Below the pieces are notes generated by a model, which did not search any database, had not been told where the DNA came from, and saw only the letters and a list, made by a program, of their open reading frames with translations. A stretch of DNA of 64,000 nt from an uncultured Bdellovibrio sp. (GTDB lineage: Bacteria > Bdellovibrionota > Bdellovibrionia > Bdellovibrionales > Bdellovibrionaceae): positions 256,001-320,000 of the forward strand of contig CAWVRN010000001.1 in assembly GCA_963932905.1 (NCBI GenBank). The letters run 5' to 3'. The translations under genes and the position numbers were made by a program. This document shows, in pieces, positions 29,116 to 39,123 of the stretch; within the stretch, counting starts at the first letter, position 1, and each line of letters begins with the position of its first letter.

Positions 29116-29249
29116 ATTGGACCCCTTTTCTTTTGGTTTAAGATGCAAATATATTTCAATGGACGAAAAGATGAATAGCAAGAAAAATACTTTAAATTTT
29201 TTTTCTGGGGAGGATGGCCACGCATGGTAAACTTTGAACTTTTGTCAAA

Positions 29250-31013
29250 ATGGCGACACACTCTTTGGATATGAATAAAAGTATATCGATGAAGCGGTTA
29301 GCAAGTGTGGCCAAACCTGAATACTCAACCCTGGGTTGGGGTTTGTTTTTCTTAGTCATTTCCAGTGTTTCTTCCCTTGTGTATCCCCAAGTAATACGAT
29401 GGATGGTTGACAATGTTTTGCAAACCAAACGAATCGATTTATTGTGGTGGTCCGTTGGTGCTCTATTCATAGTATTTATTCTTCAAGGTATCACTTCCAG
29501 TGTGCGTTATTACCTGTTCACTTTAAGCGGTGAACGAATTGTCCTTAAACTGCGCCAAAGATTGTTTGGAAATTTAATGAACCAGGAAGTCTCCTTCTTT
29601 GATTTTCATCGCACAGGTGAATTGATGAGTCGCCTAGCTTCCGATTGCACGACATTGCAAAATACAGTCAGTGTAAATATATCGCAAGGGCTAAGAAATT
29701 TGGGGCAAGTAATCGGTGGCCTTGGGTTTATGTTTTATACTTCATGGCAGTTAACAGCGATCATGTTTTTATTAATACCGCCGATTGCGTTGTTCGCCGC
29801 AGTTTACGGAAAAAAAATTAGAGCGCACTCAAGAAACCTTCAGGAAGCCGTCGCAAATTCCAGCATTGTGGCAGAAGAAACTTTGTCTGGTGTTAAAACT
29901 GTAAAATCATTTGTTCGAGAATCTTTTGAAGTTCAACGTTACACTTTGGCTTTGGATCATGCTCTATTCTTCGTGCGCGCACGCATTAATGCCATCACGA
30001 TATTTATGATGGTGGCGATGGTTGTTGGGTTTACTGCGGTCTGTGTCGTCCTGGCCTATGGCGGCTATCAAGTGATTGACGGTCAGATGACCGTGGGTGA
30101 TTTAACTCAATTTCTTTTGTACCTAATGTTAGTCGCGATTGGTGTAGGAAGTCTGGGAAGTTTATGGGGTGACTTCGCCGCGGGCATTGGGGCTTCAGAA
30201 CGAATTTTTGAAATTCTAGAAAAACAATCACAAGAATTGACTCAAGGTACACGCCCCAATCAGGTGCATGGAAAAATTGAATTCAAAAATGTGTCGTTTA
30301 GTTATCCAACTCGAAAAGACATAAAAGTTGTTAAGGATCTATCATTCCAAATAGAGCCCGGACAAAAGGTTGCTTTTGTGGGATCCTCTGGTGCTGGAAA
30401 ATCCACAATAGCGAGTTTAATTCCCGGTTTTTATCCCATCGATTCAGGACAAATCAAAATTGATGGGCAGGACATTCAAACTTTGGATGTTTCTTGGTTG
30501 CGTTCCCAGATTGGTATTGTATCGCAAGAGCCAATATTGATTTCATCTTCTATTGAAGAAAACATCAAATATGGTCGTGAATCTGCTAACTCCGAAGAAA
30601 TTGCCACAGCAGCAAAATCGGCGAACGCCTGGGAATTTATTCAACGATTTCCCGAAAAAATGGAAACTAAAGTGGGTGAAAAAGGTTTGCAGTTGTCTGG
30701 TGGACAAAAGCAACGTGTTGCCATTGCCCGGGCCGTTCTTAAAGATCCAAAAATTCTAATTTTGGATGAAGCCACATCTAGTTTAGATACGGAAAGCGAA
30801 GCATTGGTACAAGAAGCACTTAATAAACTGATGGAAGGTCGCACAAGCCTGGTCATTGCCCATCGGCTTTCGACCATAGTGGATGCTGATAAAATTTTCG
30901 TTTTAAACAATGGTGAAGTTGTTCAAAGCGGAAAACATGACGAACTTGCCAAAGATAAATCAGGTATTTACTATAAACTGTTACAAAAACAATTCTCTGG
31001 AGAAACCGAATGA
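29250..31013 (+). CDS. ABC exporter, fused permease/ATPase (MsbA/ABCB-like)
   Basis: Six-helix membrane domain; GSSGAGKS, LSGGQKQRVAIAR, LDEATSSLD, IAHRLST. Confidence 0.93.
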   Translation: MATHSLDMNKSISMKRLASVAKPEYSTLGWGLFFLVISSVSSLVYPQVIRWMVDNVLQTKRIDLLWWSVGALFIVFILQGITSSVRYYLFTLSGERIVLKLRQRLFGNLMNQEVSFFDFHRTGELMSRLASDCTTLQNTVSVNISQGLRNLGQVIGGLGFMFYTSWQLTAIMFLLIPPIALFAAVYGKKIRAHSRNLQEAVANSSIVAEETLSGVKTVKSFVRESFEVQRYTLALDHALFFVRARINAITIFMMVAMVVGFTAVCVVLAYGGYQVIDGQMTVGDLTQFLLYLMLVAIGVGSLGSLWGDFAAGIGASERIFEILEKQSQELTQGTRPNQVHGKIEFKNVSFSYPTRKDIKVVKDLSFQIEPGQKVAFVGSSGAGKSTIASLIPGFYPIDSGQIKIDGQDIQTLDVSWLRSQIGIVSQEPILISSSIEENIKYGRESANSEEIATAAKSANAWEFIQRFPEKMETKVGEKGLQLSGGQKQRVAIARAVLKDPKILILDEATSSLDTESEALVQEALNKLMEGRTSLVIAHRLSTIVDADKIFVLNNGEVVQSGKHDELAKDKSGIYYKLLQKQFSGETE

Positions 31014-31351
31014 GAAAAATTCTAAGCGAATCAAAAGTCGCACCCAAAGCGCAAGAAGCAATGGCCAGTTTTTATGCGCCTATCATTAAAGAAATCGAGC
31101 AAGCCATTCAAGACAATGAATGGGTCGTCGTTGGTATGGCTCACAATGTTCCAGTTAAAAAAGCCCGCAAATTTCTAAAAGAGCGAGATATCAAATATAA
31201 ATACATTGAACATGGAAATTATTTTAATGGTTGGAAATTAAGATTGGCGATTAAGTTATGGAGTGGCTGGCCAACATTTCCACAAGTGTTTCACAATGGA
31301 ACTCTGATTGGCGGTTTCAGTGATTTAAAAGCCTACCTAGCAAGTAAGTAG
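31010..31351 (+). CDS. Glutaredoxin-like protein without cysteine
   Basis: WSGWPTFPQVF and IGG motifs; no Cys anywhere in 113 aa. Confidence 0.8.
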   Translation: MRKILSESKVAPKAQEAMASFYAPIIKEIEQAIQDNEWVVVGMAHNVPVKKARKFLKERDIKYKYIEHGNYFNGWKLRLAIKLWSGWPTFPQVFHNGTLIGGFSDLKAYLASK

Positions 31352-31365
31352 GCTTTTAAAAAGAA

Positions 31366-33138
31366 TTATTTTGCCGAAGCAGTGCCGATATCGCGAGGAT
31401 CGGCCACTGCCGTAAATTCAGAGTTGTTCGTGTCCATTGACGCCGACATAACTCGACAAGGGATTCCGCCCAATTCAATTTTGTAACCCATGTTTTTAAG
31501 TTTCTCTAATTCTTTTGGTGCCGGTCCCGGTTGTTCGATGAACAATGTGTCGGGTTGCCACTGATGATGAACGCGAATGTTCTTCACAGAGCTTTCTAAT
31601 GATTGTTTGAAGAATAAGTGATTGAAAATGGTTAAGGCTGTACAACTGATAATGCGCGTACCGCCCGGAGCCCCCACCGCCATCACCGGTCTACCTGTTT
31701 GATCAAACACAATGGTTGGCGACATACTAGAAAGAGGAGTTTTAAATGGTGCAATCGAATTAGCATCTGATCCTACAGCTCCGTAAAGATTAGCAGCTCC
31801 AGGTTTAGACGAAAAATCGTCCATCTCGTTATTCATCACGATTCCCGTGCCTGTCGCCACAGCCCCCGAACCCATCCAACCGTTAATGGTTTGAGTTGAA
31901 CTGATCGCATTACCTTCCTTATCAAGGAATGACATGTGCGTTGTTTCCGTAGATTCATGTTTTTGGTCTACATTTCCGAAACGAACTTCGTTGGCGGCGC
32001 GGGCTTTATCAAGTGCGATTTCCTTTTTACGCTGATTCAAATAAGTATCAGAAATCAATTGAGTCATTGGAACTTTCACAAAATCAGGATCACCTAGGTA
32101 CTGTGCCCGGTCTGCAAACGCCATTTGAAACGCGGAGGCCTGATAGTGAATAACTTTTGCTGTGTTCATATCCATCGGCGTCCAACTTTCTTTTTCTAAC
32201 ATTTTAAGAAATTGAACGACGTGAATACCGCCAGAACTTGGTGGCGGCATAGATACAATTTTGTAATTCAGAAAATTAGATTCAACCGGTTTGCGCGCAA
32301 TCGTTTTATATTTTTTTAGATCCGCCGCCGTTAGAATTCCCCCATTTTTCTTTAAGAATTGAACCATTTTTTTTGCGGTTTCACCTTGGTAGAACTCTTT
32401 TTCTCCATTTTTAGCAATGGCTCGTAAAGTATTCGCAAGATCTTTTTGTACCAGGACATCGCCCACTTTATAAGACGTGCCATCTTCTTTAATAAATATT
32501 TTTTTCGAATCTGGAAACTTGGCTAGTACGTCATGTCTTTCTTTCAGTGCTTTTTCTAGATCGGGATAAACGAAGAATCCTTCGTCGGCCATTTTGATTG
32601 CGGGTGCTACCACGTCGGCCCATTTCATTTTTCCGTATTTTTTGTGAATTTCCCACAGACCCTTAACTAGACCGGGAACTCCAACCGAAAGGGCGCCGTC
32701 TTTAGATAGATCGCTCAAATAATTACCTTGTTTATCTAAGTAAATATCGCGAAATGACTTCATTGGTGCACGCTCGCGGAAATCAATCACTACGTTCTCT
32801 TTAGATCCGGCTTGATGGAATACCAAAAACCCACCGCCGCCAATACCGGTAGAATGAGGACGCTCGACTGAAATACAGAAAGAGGCTGCGACAAAAGCAT
32901 CAATCAAATTGCCACCTCTATCAAGCACATCGGTAGCTGCTTTTGTCGTTAGAATACCTTGAGTAGCTAAAGCATATTTCTTGCCCGTCATCACAAAATC
33001 TTGTCGATGAGGTTTAGCAAAATCAGAAATGATTACTGAACTTTGCGGAGTTTGGGTTTTCTGAGTGCTCGAGCAGCTAACTAAAACAAAAGCGCAGGCG
33101 GCGAAATAGGACGATATTTTTAAAAATGAGTGTCTCAT
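31366..33138 (-). CDS. ggt: Gamma-glutamyltransferase (lipoprotein)
   Basis: GIGGGGF, DFRERAP, PPPSSGG, ETTH (nucleophile Thr), NNEMDDF, SSMSP, GAPGG; lipobox LVSC. Confidence 0.96.
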   Translation of the reverse strand: MRHSFLKISSYFAACAFVLVSCSSTQKTQTPQSSVIISDFAKPHRQDFVMTGKKYALATQGILTTKAATDVLDRGGNLIDAFVAASFCISVERPHSTGIGGGGFLVFHQAGSKENVVIDFRERAPMKSFRDIYLDKQGNYLSDLSKDGALSVGVPGLVKGLWEIHKKYGKMKWADVVAPAIKMADEGFFVYPDLEKALKERHDVLAKFPDSKKIFIKEDGTSYKVGDVLVQKDLANTLRAIAKNGEKEFYQGETAKKMVQFLKKNGGILTAADLKKYKTIARKPVESNFLNYKIVSMPPPSSGGIHVVQFLKMLEKESWTPMDMNTAKVIHYQASAFQMAFADRAQYLGDPDFVKVPMTQLISDTYLNQRKKEIALDKARAANEVRFGNVDQKHESTETTHMSFLDKEGNAISSTQTINGWMGSGAVATGTGIVMNNEMDDFSSKPGAANLYGAVGSDANSIAPFKTPLSSMSPTIVFDQTGRPVMAVGAPGGTRIISCTALTIFNHLFFKQSLESSVKNIRVHHQWQPDTLFIEQPGPAPKELEKLKNMGYKIELGGIPCRVMSASMDTNNSEFTAVADPRDIGTASAK

Positions 33139-33147
33139 AGTATCCCT

Positions 33148-33876
33148 TTATTTAACGAGTTGAATGTCTTTGTAAAAATTTTTAGTTAAAGAAAATGTAG
33201 TCTCTCTTTTTTCTGTAAAAGAGTGATCGATCGCAAGCTCTACGTACTTTGTATTGCTACCAAGCAGCGGCAAAACCGCGCGGGTCCTGTCTTCGGGAGT
33301 CAGCAAGTCGTTCTTAGCTTGCAACACTAGTCCCGGGCGCTGCCAGTGAAGTGGTGCCAATGCTTTTGGGTAATCGTAGCGATTTTGAATCAATTTGAAT
33401 TCATCGCACACTTCGGTATGTGTGCGATGAAAGAACATATGTGGATATTCTTTCATTAAATTCTCTGCTAGTTCTTCGATTCCTTTACCCAACGGAATTT
33501 GAGTGAAAGGAGAGTACAAAACTATGGAAGCTAGGTCGTTCGCAAAGTGCGGAAGTAAATTTAACGAAACAAATCCGCCCCAACTGTGCCCAAGAAAATG
33601 AAGTCGTTTTAAATTAAATTCTTTCTTTATATGCTCGACATAGTTTTTCGCGGTGATCAGCGATTTTTCGAAATAGAATTTACCCAGTGATTCGCCGACG
33701 CCTTCGTAGTGATGAACAAAAATATTGGCCTTGGTATTTTCGAACAAAAAATGAGCTAAATCTTTGTTGCGATTTTTTTGAGATGGAAAACCATGAAATA
33801 TAAAGATTCCATCGCTAGAATGTTGATCGTAAGTATAGTTGAAACAGGGGCCAAATTCAGGCAAGCAGCGAAACAT
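33148..33876 (-). CDS. Alpha/beta-fold hydrolase
   Basis: HGFPS, GVGES, GHSWGG, C-terminal DH. Start uncertain (33876 or 33924). Confidence 0.8.
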   Translation of the reverse strand: MFRCLPEFGPCFNYTYDQHSSDGIFIFHGFPSQKNRNKDLAHFLFENTKANIFVHHYEGVGESLGKFYFEKSLITAKNYVEHIKKEFNLKRLHFLGHSWGGFVSLNLLPHFANDLASIVLYSPFTQIPLGKGIEELAENLMKEYPHMFFHRTHTEVCDEFKLIQNRYDYPKALAPLHWQRPGLVLQAKNDLLTPEDRTRAVLPLLGSNTKYVELAIDHSFTEKRETTFSLTKNFYKDIQLVK

Positions 33877-33922
33877 CGTTAAAATATTTACCAATTCGTT
33901 TCGCTTTGGTATCCTATTTTTC

Positions 33923-34366
33923 ATGAAAGCACAGAAGTCTAAATGGCTTTATTTGAAAATCGGTCTTTATGCGATCCTTCTCTATTCGGTCATCTCGATA
34001 ATGCAATACGTTAAGTCCCCGACATTTTCCAGCAATGTGGATATGGTTATGGGGTCACCGTCGCAAGCACGAGTGCTTACCTGGTGCTCAAATTCTGTGC
34101 AAGTAGTGTTTGTTGTCCCAGGTGAGCAAACGATTCGGGATCCAAAAGTGATCGCTGAGCTCTGCCATCTAGCGTATTCTAGTTACAATTCTGATGAAGT
34201 GGCCAACCTACAGTGGTCCCCTTTCATGAAAGCCATGAACGAGAAGGGCGAAGAGATTGTTTTAGAAGCCTCACCCACCCATAATTTTGTAAAACAAGGC
34301 AGCTTGATCTATAAAATGGACGGTCTAACTAACAAGTTAACCGCACTAGGTATCAAGGTCGACTAA
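33923..34366 (+). CDS. Hypothetical protein with an N-terminal transmembrane helix
   Basis: ATG at 33923 (MKAQKSK) followed by a hydrophobic helix. Confidence 0.6.
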   Translation: MKAQKSKWLYLKIGLYAILLYSVISIMQYVKSPTFSSNVDMVMGSPSQARVLTWCSNSVQVVFVVPGEQTIRDPKVIAELCHLAYSSYNSDEVANLQWSPFMKAMNEKGEEIVLEASPTHNFVKQGSLIYKMDGLTNKLTALGIKVD

Positions 34367-34435
34367 GGGATAAATCCCAAGGAATCGATTCTTGACTTCA
34401 AAAATCAAATCTACTAATTTCAGATTTCCGGTTGT

Positions 34436-34511
34436 TCAGGAGTAGCTCAGTCGGTAGAGCAAGCGGCTGTTAACCGCTTGGTCGGGGGTTCGAGTCCCTC
34501 CTCCTGAGCCA
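34436..34511 (+). tRNA. tRNA-Asn (anticodon GTT)
   Basis: TCAGGAG/CTCCTGA acceptor stem, GCGG-ctGTTaa-CCGC, GTTCGAGTC, CCA; TTGACT-N17-TAATTT promoter upstream. Confidence 0.97.
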
Positions 34512-34529
34512 TTTTTTACCGGCACGATG

Positions 34530-34552
34530 AAACCACCTCACGGTGGTTTTTT
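34530..34552 (+). terminator. Intrinsic terminator after tRNA-Asn
   Basis: AAACCACC-tcac-GGTGGTTTTTT. Confidence 0.8.
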
Positions 34553-34569
34553 AGTTTTTTACCCACTCT

Positions 34570-35994
34570 CTATTTTGTAACAACAATGTCTTTTTCAAAC
34601 AAGGCATCGGTCGCAGCACCAATGGCTTTTACATTCGCCTTAATGCCGTTACCTTGCATGTCCGCTTCGACCAGCATGAAGTTATGTTCTTTCGAAGCAG
34701 CGATTCGTCTTGGATTTTCCCAACTTTTTCCGCCAAATATGTAGCTGTGGTAGGGGCTGGCTGTTAATTCAAATGTTGGATAACCTAAGAAGCTTTTTTC
34801 TACCGTCGAGATTTCTGAAAAGTGAACATCGCCGGAAACAAAGACCGTGGTGGATTTGCTTCCTTTAACGTCTTTTAAGAACCGTTCGAACTGAACCGGA
34901 TGATCACCGATAAAAGTTTCATTTACGATTTTCTTCTTACCACCCTCGCCGACTTCCACCAGACTTTGAAAAAATTGATCGCCCATCACTAACCACGCTG
35001 GTAGCGAGTTTGAATTTAATTGATCGATGATCCATTCGTGTTGTTTCTTTCCCAAATGGCCATTGGGATCTTTCTGACTTCCAGGTGGCTGACGATAGTA
35101 TCGTGCATCCATCATGATAAATTTTTGTCCAAACAAAGTATATGCCGACGAAACGCCGCCAACCCCTTGTTTGAAAACGCCGTTAATATCAGGAGCGTGG
35201 AAAAGGGCTTTGAAAATTCGTTTAGAAGAATCTTTACCCGAAAAATTAATGTCAGAATTATTCGTTCCCATATCATGATCATCCCAGTTAGCAATGATTG
35301 GGATTAATTTTTGACTGCGGAAGATTTCTAAAGTTTGGAAACTATCTATATAACGCTGCCAAATTTCCCACTCTTGCATTTTGTGAGTCGGCGATTCACG
35401 TTTTACAAATTCAAATGAATCAACGTAAACGACATCTCCGTTCATGATGATAAAGTCAGGATTGCTTTGGACAACCTTGTTCCAAATTGTTTTACGGATC
35501 GTAGCAAAACGATTGTCATCGGCCTGACAAGATCCCACTACAAATTTAAAGTGACGTTGATTTAGATCCAGCGAACGAAACTTCCTATAATCCATGGCTT
35601 GATCGAGGGGGTCTGCTACCTTTTCGACAACATACAGACCGTAATCCGTGTTTGGAACTAAATCGGTAAAATGAAACTTATCAATTTTCCAAAAAGTATA
35701 GTTTGCTTGTTCAATCACCTGGTAAGGTTGAACCCGCTTAAGTTCTTTGTTATTCGCATCGGTCAAAACATAAGTATACGTTTTATATCTTGGCGAGATA
35801 CTGGCGAAATAGGCTTCCGACGCGCTAGTCGGCCCTTGAATCATAGCGAATCGACCGAGTGGCATATACTCGCTAAACGTGTTCGCATTTGGTAGTCGCA
35901 TCGCTTCGGGATTAGCCGCCACATACTTGGCTAGCTGTTGTTGGGCGCAAGAGATAGATAGTAAACTGAGACCGATTAAAAATAGTGTTTTCAT
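34570..35994 (-). CDS. PhoD-like alkaline phosphatase family lipoprotein
   Basis: GSCQ, NGDVVYVD, NWDDHD, DARYYR, SGDVH; lipobox SISC. Likely ATG at 35994. Confidence 0.88.
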   Translation of the reverse strand: MKTLFLIGLSLLSISCAQQQLAKYVAANPEAMRLPNANTFSEYMPLGRFAMIQGPTSASEAYFASISPRYKTYTYVLTDANNKELKRVQPYQVIEQANYTFWKIDKFHFTDLVPNTDYGLYVVEKVADPLDQAMDYRKFRSLDLNQRHFKFVVGSCQADDNRFATIRKTIWNKVVQSNPDFIIMNGDVVYVDSFEFVKRESPTHKMQEWEIWQRYIDSFQTLEIFRSQKLIPIIANWDDHDMGTNNSDINFSGKDSSKRIFKALFHAPDINGVFKQGVGGVSSAYTLFGQKFIMMDARYYRQPPGSQKDPNGHLGKKQHEWIIDQLNSNSLPAWLVMGDQFFQSLVEVGEGGKKKIVNETFIGDHPVQFERFLKDVKGSKSTTVFVSGDVHFSEISTVEKSFLGYPTFELTASPYHSYIFGGKSWENPRRIAASKEHNFMLVEADMQGNGIKANVKAIGAATDALFEKDIVVTK

Positions 35995-36094
35995 GGCGCC
36001 TATCACATCCAAGATTTTCGTTTCGGGCAAGCGCAATAGTTATTGCCGAGCCGTGTTTGTTTAGATAGAAATTTTTGATACCAAGGACAGAACT

Positions 36095-37129
36095 GTGGCA
36101 GTACCCAATATCTCGGCCGGTGAATTACAAACTCTAGCGGAAAAATTCTTAGACAAAGTCTTTGTTAAGGCTAGTTCGCAAAAATTTTCTATTGAGTCGC
36201 ATTGGGATATAGATCATTTGTGTTTTCGTTCGGAAAGCATTGATGAATATGAAGCCTACCGCGACGTGTTTTCCGCCTTGGGCGAGCTACTGACCGAGAT
36301 GAACGTGAACGGGCGCCCCATTGCGACGTTCGAGCTACACACACCGATCCAATACAAACAATGGCTAATTAAATTGATTGAATTGCCAGCGCCCAAAAAA
36401 GGTAAATCAGTCACCACGGGTTTTGAGCATTTTGAAATCGTCGTTGATCGTTCTCTAGAACAGCTTGCAAAACAATACGCAAAACTAGAATGGGACAAGT
36501 CAGGATTAGAAAAAACATTTAATCCTGAACTTGAATTACCGTTAGGCGACGCCGCAATAAAACTTCATAATCTCTCTTTGAAATCAGTTATCAATTTCGA
36601 ACACCGTCCAAAAATGGCCATCTTAGTTTCTGAACTGAATCTACTTGAAATGTTTAAAGATCACGAACCTTTTATCGCGGGAACCGTTCCTTTAGCCGTT
36701 GATCTGCCAACAGCTGATTTGGATTTGCTGGTTACCTTCAGTGATGTCGCAAAATTCAAAGAAATGTGTCATCAGGGTTTTGCTCTGCTTCCTGAATTTG
36801 AAATTTCGATGGGTGAAATCAATGGAACTCCCTACTGCCTTTGCCGATTTGACTATCGAGGAATTCCCGTAGAAATTTTCTGCTCCGCCCAATCCACATT
36901 CAGGCAAAATGGATATTTACATTTCAACAGCGAAGAGAAGATCTTAAAATATGCCCGATCGACATGGACAAAAGAAATTTTGGAATTAAAACAGACTGGA
37001 TTAAAAACAGAGCCAGCCTTTGCGCGCCTACTACAAAGTCGTGACGTAGACGCTTACCAATTCATTTTAGATTTACAGAAAAAATCAATTCAAGATTTAC
37101 GACGCATTCTTAGATCTAGTCTGAACTAG
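36095..37129 (+). CDS. Fusion of a YecM-like VOC domain and a DUF4269-like domain
   Basis: N-half: DHLCFR, NGRPI, IELPAP, GFEHFEIV. C-half: GTVPLAVD..ADLDL, VEIF, GLKTEPAFA. Confidence 0.7.
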   Translation: MAVPNISAGELQTLAEKFLDKVFVKASSQKFSIESHWDIDHLCFRSESIDEYEAYRDVFSALGELLTEMNVNGRPIATFELHTPIQYKQWLIKLIELPAPKKGKSVTTGFEHFEIVVDRSLEQLAKQYAKLEWDKSGLEKTFNPELELPLGDAAIKLHNLSLKSVINFEHRPKMAILVSELNLLEMFKDHEPFIAGTVPLAVDLPTADLDLLVTFSDVAKFKEMCHQGFALLPEFEISMGEINGTPYCLCRFDYRGIPVEIFCSAQSTFRQNGYLHFNSEEKILKYARSTWTKEILELKQTGLKTEPAFARLLQSRDVDAYQFILDLQKKSIQDLRRILRSSLN

Positions 37130-37131
37130 AT

Positions 37132-38256
37132 CTAAGCTGTCGCCAACTGCGTGTACAATTGCCATTCTTTAAGGGCAAAGTTAAATTCCGCTTTTGCTTT
37201 CTGGATGTTTAATTTCATTTCAGCCACTTGAAGCTGTAATTCATTCCATTTTTCTTGCGAAGAATTCTGCCAATCACGTTTGACCATCGCGTACTCTTCT
37301 TTGAATTTCTTAATCTTATTTTGCGTTTCTAAGATCTTCAATTTCAGGGCTTCTACTTTTTCAGTCGACACACCTTTAGCTTCTAACCATTTTGCTTCTG
37401 CGTTCAGTCTGGCTTTCAAAATTTCTTGCGCCGGAATTGTTTTCAATTTTTTCGCCATACCGAAAAGGTTCATCAATTGGATAGTCCATTTAGTTGGATC
37501 CCAATGATACCATTTGATGCCATTACGGTAGTCTAATTGAAATTGGTGATGGAAATTATGGTAACCTTCACCGTGGGTCAAAATAGCCACGATAAAGCTA
37601 TCACGTGCCGAAATTTCTTTAGAATACGTTTGTTCCCCCAAAGTGTGGCAGAGAGAATTTACAAAGAACGTGCTTTGTTGAGTTAGGAAAATACGTAGTG
37701 ATCCAAAAATAATCAGGCCACCAAGTGGCGCACCAAAACACAAACCAATTAAAATCGGCAGAACAAAACCCGTTCCAATGCTCCATAATAAATAATGTTT
37801 GTTTTGATGTTGAAGCAATTTATCTTTTTCTAAATCAGGAGCTTTGATTTCTAAATCCACTGAATCTTTGTAAAACAACCAGCCGATGTGCGCGTACCAA
37901 AATCCCTTTTTAATAGAATAGGGGTCTTTTTCAGTGTCGATATGACTGTGGTGGCGACGATGATCTGAAGCCCATTTTAACGCTGGTCCCTGAAATGCTG
38001 ACGAACCGAAAAACAGCAACCAGAATTTCATGAACGTATTTGTTTCATAGCTTCTGTGCGCAAACAGGCGATGGTATCCTGCTGTGATGCTTAGATTCGT
38101 GATCGCTGCGAATACTAAAAACACGGCCCACATAGCCACGGTTGTATCGAAGAAATAAATATAAATAAAAAATAACGTCAAACCAACTATAGGATTCAAC
38201 GTCAGGAACAAGGCCACCGGCCAATCGATTTGCTTTTTGATTTTCATATGTACCAA
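37132..38256 (-). CDS. Delta-9-type acyl-CoA/acyl-lipid desaturase
   Basis: His boxes YHRLFAH, DHRRHH and YHNFHH; WDPTKW; C-terminal coiled coil. Confidence 0.93.
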   Translation of the reverse strand: MVHMKIKKQIDWPVALFLTLNPIVGLTLFFIYIYFFDTTVAMWAVFLVFAAITNLSITAGYHRLFAHRSYETNTFMKFWLLFFGSSAFQGPALKWASDHRRHHSHIDTEKDPYSIKKGFWYAHIGWLFYKDSVDLEIKAPDLEKDKLLQHQNKHYLLWSIGTGFVLPILIGLCFGAPLGGLIIFGSLRIFLTQQSTFFVNSLCHTLGEQTYSKEISARDSFIVAILTHGEGYHNFHHQFQLDYRNGIKWYHWDPTKWTIQLMNLFGMAKKLKTIPAQEILKARLNAEAKWLEAKGVSTEKVEALKLKILETQNKIKKFKEEYAMVKRDWQNSSQEKWNELQLQVAEMKLNIQKAKAEFNFALKEWQLYTQLATA

Positions 38257-38274
38257 CAGTGTGCCATTAAAAGG

Positions 38275-39123
38275 TTAGCCCATCAATAACTTAAGCCATT
38301 CGAGCTTATTTTTCGGTACTTGTTCTAGAGGCATGAACAACCCTGTTTTCAGTCCGCTTTCGGTGGCCTTTGTGCCCTGCCACAAGTCCGTTCTAAGCTG
38401 AACCAATTCTTTTAGAAGTTTAAAGGCTTTTAAATTATTGTTTTTCATGACTTTGATAACTTCTGTGACTGTCACATGTGGGATGGAATCATCCCAACAA
38501 TCGTAATCGGTAACCCAACAGCACGGCAGATAGGCTAGTCCAGCCTCTCGAGCTAAAGCAAATTCTGGGAAATGGGTCATACCAATTATATCGGCACCTG
38601 CACTGATGTAGGATTTTGATTCCGCTTGAGTTGAAAAATAAGGGCCTTCAATACAAATGTATGTGCCTTTATAATGAGTCTGAAAATCAAACTTAGAGGC
38701 TACGGTTTTTAGCTTTTGTTCCATTACATCGCAGATGGGTTTTGCTAGCGAAACATGGCCAACTATGCCTTCGCCAAGGAAGGTGTGTTTACGAAACCCT
38801 TTAGTTCTATCAATATATTGGCTGGTGATGACCATATCTCCAGGTTTAAATTCTTTTTTTAAACTGCCCACAGCCGAGAAAGAAACGATCGCTTTAGCGC
38901 CGTGTTTTTTTAAGGCATAGATGTTGGCGCGATAGTTTACTTCACTCGGTAAATGTTCGTGATGTTTACCGTGTCTTGAAACAAAAAGGCATTCGTGTCC
39001 TGCAATGCGAACTTTTTTAAATCCGGAGGCACAATCACCAAATGGTGTGCTGCGATCAAGTTCCGCGACAAATTCAAACTCCTCAAAATTTTCAAAACCA
39101 GAACCACCAATAATTGCTAACAT
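38275..39123 (-). CDS. mtnP: S-methyl-5'-thioadenosine phosphorylase
   Basis: IIGGSG, RHG, NYRANIYAL, SAVGSL, EGPYFST, GMT, VTDYDCW. Confidence 0.92.
   Translation of the reverse strand: MLAIIGGSGFENFEEFEFVAELDRSTPFGDCASGFKKVRIAGHECLFVSRHGKHHEHLPSEVNYRANIYALKKHGAKAIVSFSAVGSLKKEFKPGDMVITSQYIDRTKGFRKHTFLGEGIVGHVSLAKPICDVMEQKLKTVASKFDFQTHYKGTYICIEGPYFSTQAESKSYISAGADIIGMTHFPEFALAREAGLAYLPCCWVTDYDCWDDSIPHVTVTEVIKVMKNNNLKAFKLLKELVQLRTDLWQGTKATESGLKTGLFMPLEQVPKNKLEWLKLLMG

Noticed and set aside
34436..34560. Island integrated at tRNA-Asn
   Set aside because: A terminator follows directly; no duplicated 3' end or integrase was seen.
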